Positions 1 through 13,447 of a stretch of 64,000 nucleotides of DNA are shown here, piece by piece. Numbering within the stretch: position 1 is the first letter of the stretch; every line of letters starts with the position of its first letter. The notes beneath the pieces were generated by a model. That model was not told where the DNA came from and did not search any database. It saw only the letters and a list, made by a program, of their open reading frames with translations. Origin of the DNA: Lama glama (lineage: Eukaryota); the NCBI GenBank assembly GCA_028534125.1, contig CM052816.1:86554001-86618000 (forward strand), in the 5' to 3' direction. A program made the position numbers and the translations under genes.

Positions 1-149
1 CACTGAAATCTGTTATGGAGAAATGGACTCAAACACTCGGGATGTGTAATCCATAAATCAGAAACAAAGCTACTTCAAAAGGTTCCCAGATATGAAGTGG
101 TAGAGATTTGTTCCAGCACCATGTGCACCTGGGTGGCTAGTAAGTGCTG

Positions 150-269
150 TGGCTGTGTAATTTATCATCCAAACCTGCACATTTTGGAGTGAATGGGGGC
201 GTTATTAATTGTTCAGGAGAACAGCTATAATGGAAATGTCTTGGGTAAATTATAATGTATGGTCACCCA
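150..269 (-). mobile_element. MER94-like hAT-Blackjack MITE
   Basis: taatttatcatccaaacc...ggagtgaatgggggcgttattaatt...gtatggtcaccc matches the recalled MER94 consensus, including the GGTCACCC terminal motif. Confidence 0.7.
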
Positions 270-2463
270 GTTTGTGGCTTCAAGAAATCTGTCAACAGCA
301 AGAGGTCTCTGGAGAGTTCTGTGTTTCAACAGACAGGTCCATAAGGTTTTGAAGAAATACATCTCAGATCAAGAGTTTCAGGTCAAAGTGATTTGTACAA
401 TATGCTCTTCTACAGATACCGTAGTAGGAGCTACTCGATACAGATTAACTTCGACAAACTTGGCTACTCAGAATATGCAGGACAGAATGCTGCCCCTCAG
501 TTTCTCTTTAGATCTACTTGGTTTGACCCAACAGTGTAAGAAGTATTGTGAGTGCTCACACGTATGTATGTTAACCTAGGAGATACATATACAATAATGT
601 GAAGAGATTTTCTTGTTCTGAAGCTACTTGATTTGTAAGAAAATAGAACCACTAACTAGGCTCTTCTTAACTCTACGATCCAACTAATGTAACTAACGGA
701 CCTATAAAGGAACACACATCAAAACTGCTTAATAAATACTTTGTTATGGTATAATATTCTGGATGTTTTGTTAAACTCATATGTTATAAATATATTATTA
801 AGTAATACTAAAATAAAAATACTGATTTGCTGTACTTGATGTTATCGTATCATTTATATGTAAGCAAGTGACAAATAATGAGCATTATTTTTAGATGTTA
901 CACATATGTACAAATTCTAGTGCACAATAAACCTCAACGATAGGATAAATCTACCTTTTACTCCTATCACCCATTGCCAAAAGATTTTTTTTAAAGAAAG
1001 CCCCAGGAAGTTGGTTAAAATTTCATGACATCTTATATAGATTAAGTATCCCAAACTATGAGGCCAGGAGGCTCAATCTTACGTATAATTGAGATTTAAC
1101 CTTTTTTTTTTTTCCTGTCTAAGACAATTGTAATTGAACAGGCTGGCTGCCTGAAAAAGAACCCACCTAAAACTATCTCCTTTCAAAGGAAACATCAAAA
1201 ATTACTGTTCCTGTTCAGAGCATGTTTTAATAAGGTGCAGGGCTGATCTAACACTTACTAGTCTCATTTTGTAACTATATGTATGTATATATACATATAC
1301 ATATACACATCTATTATAATTTTAAAGCTGCTTATGAAACGTATTTGTGATATTTTATAGCCCAACATATTTTACCCAGTTGTCCAAGTTAACCTATAAT
1401 TGTGTAACAAAAATGCTTAAGATGAAATAAATTACTGTCAAATGAGATTAATCAACATCCCAAAGTAAAATTTATTTACTTTACAAATTAAATGGGTACA
1501 GTTAAGTAACATATTAATTTGGTTACGTAACCAAATTTTTATCTTTTTGTCACCATTATTTTAACAGGAAGCTTTATAAGCTTAGGTATTTTGAAATTTA
1601 ATTACATATTTTCCCTCTTTACAACCTGTATTATGGTCTAATTAAGTTTGTTTAGAAAAACTATAATCATTTAAGACATGCCAATAGTTTTAGTTTTATC
1701 CTTTGCATAGGTATGTTAATTCAGGATATTATTTTTTCTTTTTTTTTCTTTTCATCAATGTGAAAAACGTACTCTGATACAAGGTACAAAATTAGAATAA
1801 GATAGATTACAGGCTGAAATGGATTGTAAATCAGCTTCTGTACTGTGAATATTTTACAGCAGCCTTTTGCAAACTAAAAAATCTGACATTTATATAGCAA
1901 TGCATGCATAATTTCCCTCTTATATGTCATTTCCCTGAGACGAAAGTAATTTTAAAATGCAAGGTCAAAGAAATAATTACCCCTAACAAATAATAATAGA
2001 AGTTAAGGGCAAGTATCAGGAAGCAATTTGGCATTTTCCTATCCTGTAGAGCATTTAATATCTAATGTACATCTTCAGATAAGACTAGGAAAGTTGAGGT
2101 AGGAAATCTTTGCTGTAATACAAAGGTAACTTCAAGGTAGATAAATCGTTCCACTGATGTAATGGCTGTTTTGTTTCCTGGCCAAATCACAGTTGGAACT
2201 GTACTTGTGGGACTGCAGTATCTCCTATATCTGATAAATGGTATGACCAGGACAACCTCAGTCTCAGCAGGAAAGACACTGAACAAATTGTCAGCATGAT
2301 TTACATACAAGTTGTCAACAGCATCTGGGTTGCTCTGTGAAAGAGTGATGGGTAACAGATGTTCTGGGAAATGCTACCATCTGCCCTTTCTCAAAATACA
2401 TCCCTTGTGAAACAATGCATTTGAATGGATGCCACAGCGATACCTTTCTTTTGAAGAACTTAC

Positions 2464-2668
2464 CCATCCTCAGTATTTCAATGGTACTTGTGGCTATCAC
2501 AAAAGCAAACGGTCTTAAGAGCGAAAATGCAATCAGGCTAAGTAAGCAGGCAGGTCCTTGAAAGGTCTTTACATTTAGTCACATCATTTGGGAAGAGAAA
2601 GCTTGATGACTCTCTAGTGGGCATGCAGGGAAAATTGTGTCAGGAGGTCAGGGACTCCACTTGCGCAT
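2464..2668 (-). other. Candidate minus-strand non-coding/5'UTR exon ending in AGGATGG|GTAAGT
   Basis: Minus strand: acceptor ...ctcattacag| and consensus donor GG|GTAAGT (plus acttac 2458-2463). Stops in all frames from the acceptor. Unique, non-repeat-like sequence. Confidence 0.2.
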
Positions 2669-4399
2669 CTGTAATGAGTAATGTCACACTAGTGTGTTAT
2701 TCCCTCAGTGATTTATTTAAACTCTGCAGTACTTTCATAATATTTCAACACTATTTGCTCTACAGTTACAATAATATAATAAGAAAAATGTACAATTCAG
2801 TAAATTGAACCTGATGCACCTGTTGTGTAGATAGAAACTCAGCAACGTATCAATGTGTTGAAGGTTAAGTATGCGACGGTCGATCAGTACTAATAAAAGC
2901 AACAGGTCGAAGCTCCCAGCAGTGAACATTTGGCCACTTGCTTAATCCTTTTCTCCTCAGTGTGAATTATTTGTTTAAGCAAAGTGTTTCTTTCCCTACT
3001 GGTGGTGACAACCTAGATATTTGCTAGACTAGGAATTCTATGTGCAATGAAACACTCCTCAGAATTTAACTGTATCTTAAAAATCTACCAAGGAGTTTTA
3101 TATACTGGATTATTAATAAGAATGCTGTTCTTAAGTATATAATTAGTGAAAGAAAGTACTCATAACTTTTTCTTCTCTCTGTGGATTTAAATCATATTTC
3201 AGATCTTAACATATAAACTTCTTATACTCGTGATGATAATACATTTATTAAATATAGGATAATTGAAGCTCATTTTAACAGGCATTTAGTAACACATAAA
3301 AATAAATGATATACACTGCTCCATTTATTATGCCTTTTAATTATAAGAATCAAAATTCTTGAGGAATTTTAAGAATTGAATGCCTTTCAATTGTTAAATA
3401 ATACCTTATTTACATTTTGCACTTTATTACATTTAAATATATTAAGATTCTCTTATAAATTTGTTAGAAAGGACAATACTATGGTAACCAGAATATTAAG
3501 TTCGTGAAAGTAATTTAGTCTTAACAATCTCTCTGAATAAAAAAAAATATGTATTTCTTTGGAAACTTCTTTGGAAACTAGCCTGAAAGTGGAATCATCT
3601 ACCCTCAGATTTATAAGGAAACTCACGTGTTAGTCAAAATCTTGATATTGAAGTAATTAAACACACACACACACAAACACACACACTCAAACAGAAGAGT
3701 AATAGACAGCTGGTATTTAGGAAAATACATTTGAACCACTGAAACCAAGCCCTAGGCAATTCTCTTTCATGTTGGAATTCCAAGAAGAACTTCTTATCTT
3801 CTTAATTTTTATATTTTAATCTCATTTTATCTTCTTAGCTTTTCCCCAACATCTCTGATAAAATTTAAAAAGGACTTGCCAAATGGAATCATAAATTAAA
3901 GGAAGGGATTAGGCAGACTGACCTCTTCCTTCAGCTAAGGTTTTAAAAAAATATATAAAGCACCAGAGAATTGCTAATGAAGTTACATTGACATAATTTC
4001 ATCCAGCTCAGTTCAGCACATTTACTGAGGAACCAATGAATACTGCTGGGTGTTAAGGAGGACATGGCATAAAGATGCAGTTCTTGGTCACAAATGGTGG
4101 GACACTGAGACAAACCTTACATCAGTATCCATTGTGGGTGCCCTGAAAGTTAAGATTACATGAGCTAATATGTCAAATTAACTTCATACTTTGTTTTTAT
4201 TTGTATGCTTGTTTGCTTTTATCAGCAACAGAGCTAGGAACATCATAATCATTCAGTTGTCTATGAAAATTAAACAAACTTGGCTAAATTTTCTTCCAGA
4301 TATAAGACTCAGATGTAAATGATTCTTTAATATATACAACTAGACTATAGCTGAGGGCAAGGATGGAATGCTCTTTTAGAGACAGCATGCAAGGTGTAG

Positions 4400-4906
4400 G
4401 AGATGCATGGCAATGATGGACAATGCTCTTCAGCCTTTATCCTCTCATCCACGTATTTGCTATATCTTTGCAGCATCTCTCATTAAACAGCCAGAGTCTA
4501 TCTCCCCAGTCCCAAATTCTAAGTATAGACCCGTAACTCACTTAGGCCAATGGGATGTTAAAATATGTGATACACGAAGAGGCTTGAAAAAATTACTCAT
4601 GTGTTTTCATTTTCACTCTTGTTCCTCTTGGAATGACATGAGAGTGTGCCCACACTTGCTTACTGGAGGATGACAAACCACACAGTCTTTCCAGGTGAGG
4701 CTGTTTTAGGTCATTCGAAGGCCAGCTACTCTATAGACATGGGAGTGAGTCCTACCTAGATCGGAAGATGAAAGATACATGAGCTTACCTCAGCTGAAAT
4801 CAGTGGAATCCCTCAGAAGTGGGGTAAATAAATGTTTAATAATACATGTCACTGAAACTTTGTGATTGTTTTTCTACATGATTGTGGTAGTAGAGATCTA
4901 ATGTAC
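4400..4906 (+). mobile_element. Old MaLR LTR (MLT1G/H-like)
   Basis: ttaggccaatgggatgtt...gaggcttgaaaa...aataaatgtt...gtagtagagatctaatgtaca resembles the MLT1 LTR body and 3' end. Confidence 0.6.
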
Positions 4907-6129
4907 AAATGCACGGTTATTTTTGTTTGTTTGTTTTTGTTGTTTTGTTTTTGACCAGTATAATTTAAAAAAAATATGATTTGAATGGATGTATTTAGAA
5001 AGGCAAGCATCTTTCAATGAACTGAAGAGCCAATCACATCCTATTGTTGTGCACCTGGCCCAAAATTATGCTATTTGCTTGAATTTTGTAAGCCTTTACT
5101 TTTACAGCTCTTGATCTTTAAAGGTATTTATATTTATTCTTTGGAAATTGTAAAGCACTTGACACAGACTTTGATTTTACAAATCTAGTTGTCTATGAGC
5201 TAAAAAGTCTCTGGCTTATCTGCCAAATAAAATATTTGAAGAATAGTTACGCATGTACAGTTCATGTTGTTAATTTCTATTGTAGGATTTGCTAATTGTC
5301 AAGACCAATGTCATAGAAAAAACTCAGAGAATGTACAACGTAACATTTTTAAATAGTAAAAGAAAACATCAAAGACAAAATAATCAAAACCTGTCTCTGG
5401 TTGTAATAACACTGAACAACTTTTTATCATGAAATTTTGTTTTCAGTAATCAAAAATCTAGTTCGGAAATTGATAAATTTATTTATTACTATTTTTTCAA
5501 ATATAATTAGAGTTTGGGTAGTTTTATTGATTTGTATTTAGGCAGGTAAAATTATTTCATTTCCTTTCATTACTATTTTGAACATTTTCCTCTTCTGAAA
5601 CAGTATGTTAGATGGCAGTATATCAAGCTAATAGACAGTCATAAACATATTGCACAGGTAAATTTCCAATAATTTATGTGTTGCAAAGCCCATCACAAAT
5701 AGCTCCTTTCCTATGCATTTTTTTCCCTGAACTGCTCTAAATCTCTTTTTCTTTCTTGTATTCCTCTATTCTTCCTTCTTTCAGTTGGAATATATATTTA
5801 TATACTGAGTATATGCCATGCACTTGGCCTTTGCAATACCAAGCTGTAAATGTCCCCTGCCTGCAAGAAGGCTTTAGATGGTTAGGAGATAGACTTTAAA
5901 GCAAATTAATTCCTACAAGCCTTATCCAAGCCAAATATCTTATGTTGTTACTTAGTTCAAAAAAACGGAGGCCTGCTCTTCACTCAGTTATACACTTGAT
6001 TATCAATTTATCAGGGTTAATGCATTAATGCCTGTGCTTTCCATCACTACTTTTATCCAAGAATGCAGTTGTTCAGTGAATTTCAAAGCCCTAAAACTGT
6101 GCATGACAAGCAGTAGTTCCCTTGTAGGA

Positions 6130-6580
6130 TGCAGCTCTGGAGCCCAGAGTTCACATCCCCTGGACCCTTTAATTTCACCTGCAGTTGTGGTGCACATGCC
6201 CTGCCTCTCTGCTGCCTGCCCTGGGGTCTTCTCCAAAACTACAGGAACTCACTTAGCCTGGAAAAGCATCCTCTGGATTGTTGAAGAGTTAGCGTCCACA
6301 GGGGCAAAGTTCAAACAACTGGGGAAGGGAGCTGGTGAATAAACACTATAATTCTCTTGTGCTTCAGGTATATAATTCTAGGAGGCATTCTCATTATGCT
6401 TCTCAGAAAGTGAAGGAGGACCCAAGCTTGTGCCACCAGCAGCAACTACATAGTAAAAACACTCTCCTGAGTTGCCTTTTCCTCTTCCCGCACATACACT
6501 GCTTGATGTGTTGCCCCAGTTTGCTGGGTTCACCTCCACTTGCCTGTGCCCACATTTCCCAGTGTTTTCGGGGGAAACCA
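6130..6580. mobile_element. LTR16-like ERVL LTR remnant
   Basis: ggtgaataaacac...ataattctaggaggcattctcattatgcttctcaga resembles the recalled LTR16 core; boundaries approximate. Confidence 0.5.
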
Positions 6581-7849
6581 ACCAAGTTACCCCTTAATAA
6601 ATACTTGTTGATAAATAAATGAGTTCCCACTGTTTAGCAACATACTTTACAAAGAAGGTAAATGAATGTCTTCATCAGTAATGACACTGTCACCCTTTTG
6701 AATCCAAAATTTCATAAGTCCATGATTATGTTATTAGAAGATAAGTTTAATGTGAAGTATGAAGATCGGTGGACTAACTCGTTTTGATGATTAAGTCAAC
6801 TATTATGAATTCCCTTTTCTGGCTATAGAAAGTGAAAAAAATAGATATTGCTAAATAAGTAATAAAATCTATGCACTTGAACTGAGTTGAAGACCTGAAA
6901 TGAAAAAATAAATTTCATATCAAAGATTTAGCAATTCATGACACCTAATCCCTGACGAATAAGAAATCTCCAGGGGAATATTTGTTTCCCTTATTATGAG
7001 TTTTTAGAGTAAATTATCTCAAATAATGTAACAGTGAAGAGATTAAATTATATACATTTTGTTAAACTTCAAGTAATTCACCATGCTGAATTATGTCATT
7101 TACAGAAAATGTGGCTCTGAGTGAAAGTTATCTTCACTTATATCTTGCTGATTACTGAAAGTTATAGTTCTTGTTACTTAAACATGATGAGAATAACTTC
7201 AATAGATATTTCCAAGTATTGTTTCACAATGAGATATAAGAAATTATAAGTTATATGGGATTTTTTAAAAACACTTTTTGTGCATATTTTTTGCTTTTCT
7301 GATTTTCTGTTTATAGTAGGCATAGTCTTTCATTATGCAGAAAATGTATTTTTATAGGTCTTCACTTTCATAAGATTTGAAAGAACTTATAAATATTTGG
7401 ATCATACTCAGCATTTAGTTAATTGTGTATGAATTATAATTTAATACAATAAACACAAAAACTAATTATTCCCCTTCATATACTCAGTGCATCAATATTT
7501 ATTTTTATTTAAAAAAATCATTATATTAACTTCTCAATTTCCTTTCATTATTGGTGTGTTTCTAGAACATCAAAGCATTCTTACTAATAATTTTTCTAAG
7601 CATCCTTTTTCTTTAATTATATGTAATTGTATACAGCATTTATTAAAATGCTAAACTGTTATCTTATGTTAGGTATAAATTTACCAAAATATTGCTCTTT
7701 AAGTTATCAAAAGGAAATGATACAAAATTTTATGTCTCCATTAAGTAGCTGAATGTTTTCTCATATTAAAAATAGTATCAGACATTTCTTAAATACACAT
7801 GCATACAAAATTCAGAAAATCATTTCATAGTTAAATATTATATAATAGT

Positions 7850-10300
7850 TAAGATATTTTTTATTATGAAAGGAAATATAATTTTATATTCTGTATTCTT
7901 TCTATAGCATATATACTTCTTATGTTTCTAAATATATTTATTATTATCATTTTACATGACTGTAGGTAATTCTATGCAGTTGAGTTACTATAACTTGTCA
8001 TATATATTTGAATACATAGGTTTATTTAAAAATTTTGCTAGTATATAATATTTCATATATTTTTAAGCTATGGAATAAATTTGCATTCATAGAAAAGGTC
8101 TTAGTGTGTAAAAAGTATATTTCCTGTCACATTGGTTACCAAAGTACTGTAAAAGATAAAACCCTCATCAGTCTATAATTGTATTAGTTTTACTATACTT
8201 GTTTCTATATTTTTTCCTCCTTTTCTCTAAAAATTGTTCTTATTATTATTTCAACTTTGCTTAATTTGTCGGTGTTAAAATATTGTTTCTATTTTTAATT
8301 TAAAATGTGTGCTTAATTTCTTAAATAGTCCATCTGTATCTTTGAACATGCTAATCCATATTATTTTTGTGCTATAGTCTGAAAATTTACCGATTATTTG
8401 TATTTTGCAAGATGCTATGTTATACCATTCATAGCTTGAACATTTCGCATTTCTTATCTGAAATTTAGTACATTTACATTATAATATAAATCTGGTTTTG
8501 AAAAAGTAACTTAAAAGTTAAGGTAAATATTTTCTTTCGGGGAACACAGAATTAAATAACCAATACTTAATATTTAATAGATAATAAAATCTAATATTAT
8601 AACAATATGGAAATTTCTAATGACATGCCCTGGTTCACAGTATTAAAGTAATATTTCATTGGAACAAATATGGGAAGTTTTATATGATATGAAATTGATC
8701 ATAAAAATTTGTAGCTCAATTGTAAGGTACACCACATAGAAAATAAAATTTTTAAAGGATGAAAATATCAAAAATTTCATTGTTGAGGCAGAAAAGTAAC
8801 ATGAGTGTGGTAGGCAATTCTTTTTATTCTTAACATTTATTTACTTATATAATAATATTTAATCGTATGTTCCCTATTTTAAATAATGGCATTTTTGCTG
8901 CTTTTTAGAGAAAGTATGTTTATCTTACTAATTACATTTTAAGGTTTGAAAATATATCTGCTTTTAGATTTTTCAAATGCCAAGGAAATGCTTTTAGCTT
9001 TATTTTAGTAGGTTGTTATTTTAACTTGTTCCCTTAATTTTATAAAATCTAGAATTTTATAAACAGGTTAATACTACTATTTTCTTCAGCATATATATAT
9101 CAGTATTTTTATCTTAATACAAATGTACCTATTAATATTTTAAAGTTAAGATTCTATTTTAAATAAATTTTTTATTGTGTTTCTTTGTTTCATTCAAAAT
9201 GCTATGCCTTTCACAGTTGTTCATACTGTGTACATATGTGGAATATCTTTTTTATGCTTTTCCACCTCTGAGAATTGAGTTTCTACTTTTTGTTGATAAG
9301 GAAATATTTAGTAGCATCACATGGTTGTTTTGATTTTATATAAATACAGTCTTTCTCCAAATATCTTTTCAATAAGTTACTCATCTCAAAGATATTCTAT
9401 TTCAGTACTGCTGTAGAACATATGTTTATGTGTCCCCCAAATTCATCTGTTGAAACTTAACCTTGAATGTGTTGGCGTTTGGAACTGGGGCCTTTGGGAG
9501 GTGTTCAGGTGGTGACAGCAGAGCTCTCATGAATGAGATTAGTGTCTTTATAAAAGAGACCCCAGAGACCCCCCCTTCACCATGTGAAGACACCTAATAT
9601 ACTGGTCTATGAACTAGGAAGTCAGATCTCATCAGACGTTGAATCAGCCAGTGCCTTGGTCCCAGGATCTAGAACTGTGAGAAGTAACTCTCTGCTGTGT
9701 ATAAGCCAGCCATTCTATGGTATGCTGTTACAGCGACTCTAACAGACTGAGACAAGTACCTATAGATTTAATTCTTTTTAACTTTCTTATAATATTTACA
9801 AATATAAATTGACCTAAGTTTAATTAGCCAGTTTTTATTGACAATGTACATATAAGATTTTTTCCAATTTAATTGTAATAATTATTAAAAACAACTCATT
9901 GGTTAGTGCATTTTTGTACATTTTTCAGTTGGTCCTTGAGTGAGTGGGTTTTGGGGGTTCTGTTTTGTTTTGTTTCGTTTTTGAGATTACTACCAAATTG
10001 TCTTTCAAATTGGAAATAGCACTATACTACTACCAGCAGTAAATGACTGTGCTTGTTTTTTAATTCTTCGGACAAATGATCTGATCAAAATGTTAAAATG
10101 ATGTCCGTCTAATGGTTGGCAAAATGGCTTATTTTTATAACTTGTTATTCACATGTTATTACTATGATGAAAAACAATTTCTGATGGTCATCAGCCATTT
10201 TTTTTTTCTAGTATGTATGACTTTGGCTTTTAGTCTAAATTTTGATCTGAATAAACAGATCAATGTTTTTCTTTATAAATTTTGTATATTTGGAAATCCT
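7850..10300 (-). mobile_element. Highly decayed L1ME-type fragments, interrupted by MLT1A0
   Basis: Degenerate antisense L1 3' phrases (e.g. taccaaattgtctttcaaa...taccagcagtaaatgactgtgcttg); boundaries very approximate. Confidence 0.35.
9409..9754 (+). mobile_element. MLT1A0-like MaLR solo LTR with 5-bp TSD
   Basis: TG...CA termini; tgtgtcccccaaattcatctgttgaaac, ctttataaaagagacccca, agaactgtgag motifs; TSD AGTAC at 9404-9408 and 9755-9759. Confidence 0.9.
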
Positions 10301-10442
10301 TAATTTTAGGACCCAAATATCTATTCTTGTTGTTCCTTTTTATTTGTAGTATGGTTGGCTATAGTTAGTTTTTATTTATAAAGTATTTGGGTTTAGCATT
10401 TGTTTTCTTTGGGTAATATACATTTTCATAGAAAATAATGTG

Positions 10443-10922
10443 TGTTGTGGAACACAATGGTGGCCGGTCAAGGAGCCAGTGACACACAGGTTGGTAAAAG
10501 AATTTACCAGAGATAAAGTATGAGAATAGAAAGGAGTTTATTAGAGTACACTGCCATGGACAACAGTGAGCCACACAGAAGAGAGGTGCCTGTGTGAGCA
10601 CTGAGGGCCGGTTGTTGGGGACTTTTATAAGGTCAGGTCACAAGGTGCCTGATCGGCTTGTGCACAAGTCTCTGATTGGTTGCAGGTGAGGTAAGAGGTT
10701 TAGGGTCTGTGAAGGGCAATGGGGTTTATGGCTCTGATAAGATGGGCTGAAACAAGCCAGCCTGAGCTATTGTGAGATTAGGCATTACCTAGGGCTGTTA
10801 GTTTGTTATGAGAAACATGACTGGTAAAGAATGTACTTTATCTGTTGAGGAATCACAAGCAGACATCTGAGAGCCCAGAAGTGCGGCTCACTGGACTTTG
10901 AAGGATGTCATTTGGCCCCACA
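10443..10922 (-). mobile_element. ERV solo LTR (~480 bp), family not identified
   Basis: Minus strand TGTGGGG...CCACAACA termini, with CCAAT (plus gattgg ~10674), TATAAAA (plus ttttata ~10623) and AATAAA (plus tttatt ~10537) in LTR order; flanks atgtg/atatg form a near-perfect TSD. Confidence 0.7.
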
Positions 10923-13026
10923 ATATGTCACTTAAGTTTTCAAGGTTATTGCAGTAACAACTCCCTGAGACTCATTATAAAATTAACCTTTGTATATATA
11001 ACTTGTTGGATTATATTTGCTTTCTCTAATTTTTGTTATTTTTTGAAATAATTTTAATGCTTTAATCTGATTAATTCCTTAAGATGAATTCCTTGGAGTA
11101 GACACTACTGATTAAAATGGTATATATATGACAAATGTTGACACATAAGGCATTTGGGTCTATGTGAAAGTGATGTATTTTAACTCCTATACCTTGGTTG
11201 GGGCGGGCGAGTGAAGACAGGAACAGAGTTGATACAAACAAATGTTAATCTCATCAGAGGTCTGGGGATCTGACAAAGAATTAAATCATTCTCTGTCACA
11301 CAGAAGTTGTGTGACCTTGGGAAAGCCACTGCTCCCCTTGACCTTCAGCTATAACTTCCTGTCAGAATGGTGTTCATGGAGCCCACGACAGATATGCAAA
11401 CCCTGCGGTTACATACACATGATACTTACATTAGCAATTTGAAGACTGTTCCTTAAAATAAAACTCCAAACATAAATGACAAAAATTCCCATCTAAATTG
11501 TTCTATGCCAAAACTTTTATTTGGCCACCATATAAAGTTTTATTTCAAATTAAAGGGAGATCCAAAGAACACTTTGTGTGAATACTCTGGTCATCAATCA
11601 AGCTATTCTTTCAAAAAAATCAGATTTGGGTGTCTTGCTCGACTCAGTGGAGTTTTTCTGTACGAACACAACCGTTAGATTCATGATCCAGAAAGTGCTT
11701 GAAGTATTAATCACTCTAGTAAATTAACTACTCCATGGTCATCGATTCTCAGCTTCACTTGTCCAGGAAACAAATGGTTCCAGCTTTGGCATCCAATCTC
11801 ACATTAGCCAAAGTCATACATACAAATCTGGATAAATACAAGCAAGTGTGGATGAGTGGAAAGAGAGCTATCTACTCTGATAGATGCAGTGAGGATAGAT
11901 TGGTTAATGTTAGGTATAGGTAGACACAAGAATATAGATACAGATACAGACAGGTAGAGGACAGTAGACTCAACTGGCCTATTCAAAGCATTGCCTGTTT
12001 ATTTATTAACACTGAGAATGTGACTGTCAAACAGATCACATGCTTCTTCAGCTGTTTCATGCGTCTGCTTTCTGAAATTAGGCTACCTTGGAGGCCACAT
12101 TCAAGTTACCAACATTCTTCGTGAGGGTGGAATCATGAGAGGAGAGACTATCTCCATTCTTATCTTTATAGAGAATTGCTTGATGTGGTCACACCGATGG
12201 CTATGCACATCCACTAGGCTTTGGGTTTTCTATTTTGACTCCCAGAGGGCAACCTAAATTCCATTATGTCCAAGGTGGTAAGCGGTGAGTTTCATTGTCA
12301 TTCCTTTGTAACAACAACACTAGCTTGATGAGCATATTATTTATCAAGCATTATCAGGAACCAGCTGCAAAAATTAGAGACTATCTTGTTCTGATCAGAT
12401 TTCCATTGTAAGGGAAATACAGCAGTACTATTTTTCATCTTCTTTCCAAAAGAGCTATAATAATGTCACTATGATGGTGCTGAAGGACTAATTAAGACTT
12501 TATTTCACTTCTAATGTGAGTCGTACATGCTTTTGTGTATTTTTTCTTATCTCTCTTCTTTTCACATCTGTTATGTCTTAAATTTAAAAATATTTTTTGT
12601 TAAATTTAATTTTTAAATAAATTTTCTTTGTTTAATGCTCTAATGCATAAAAACTTGAAGACTCAATGTTTATTTCTCCTCAACATCAATGTTATACTTT
12701 GCTTTTCTCCTTTTTTATGCCTTTTAGAGATACTGTATTCTGTAGCCCTCAGTATCATTATAACGTAATTTCCTTAATGGAAAAATGTCCCATAAATTAA
12801 ATTTTCAATATAAGCAAAATATCAGAAAAACTGTTAATTCTTATAACTTTCTATTTCTTGATTTTCTTATATACAATTTATCTTTTTAATATACATTTTA
12901 CTCATTTAAAATTGCTGGGCTAGATTATACTCAATAAGAATATTTTTTAAATTTATTCTATAAAATATCAGTGTAACAAATTCATAGTATCAAGAATAAT
13001 ATTAATTGCAGTAGCTACATTTTTAA

Positions 13027-13164
13027 AAGTTTTTTTTTGGGGGGGATAGGGGAGAGGTAATTAGGTTTACTTAGTTATTTATTTTTAGAGGAGGTACTGG
13101 GGATTGAACCCAGGACCTGGTGTATGCTAAGCATATGCCCTACCAGTTGAGCTATACCCTCCCC
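13027..13164 (-). mobile_element. Camelid tRNA-derived SINE (vic-1 type) with TSD
   Basis: Minus strand GGGGAGGGTATAGCTCAACTGGTAG...GGTTCAATCCCCAGTACC (A and B boxes) plus A-rich tail; flanked by direct repeat CAGTAGCTACATTTTTAA (13009-13026, 13165-13182), which reads as a TT/AAAA L1-endonuclease site. Confidence 0.92.
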
Positions 13165-13184
13165 CAGTAGCTACATTTTTAATG

Positions 13185-13350
13185 TTAACTACATATTCTG
13201 GCATTGTGCTAAATACTATATGTCATATTTATATTTGTATATATTTAATATTTACAAAAAGCAATGAGATAGATGAAAACCAATTTTCAGATAAGGAAAT
13301 CCAAATTAAGCACAGACTAAGAGACAGTACTTACCCTGAGTTATAAAATC
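13185..13350 (-). mobile_element. MIR fragment between the two SINEs
   Basis: ggcattgtgctaaatac...caattttcagataaggaaat resembles the antisense MIR core. Confidence 0.5.
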
Positions 13351-13356
13351 ACAGTG

Positions 13357-13447
13357 GGGGAGGGTATAGCTCAGTGGTAGAACACGTGCTCAGCATGCAT
13401 GAGTTCAATCCCCAGTAGCTCCATTAAAAACAAACAAACAAACAAAA
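13357..13447 (+). mobile_element. Camelid tRNA-derived SINE (vic-1 type), short internal deletion
   Basis: GGGGAGGGTATAGCTCAGTGGTAGAACACGTGCTCAGCATGCATGAGTTCAATCCCCAG followed by a (CAAA)n tail. Confidence 0.9.

Noticed and set aside
12172..12284. Plus-strand exon-like segment (ctttatag| ... |gtaagc or |gtgagt)
   Set aside because: Closed in all frames with no other support; such motif pairs are common by chance
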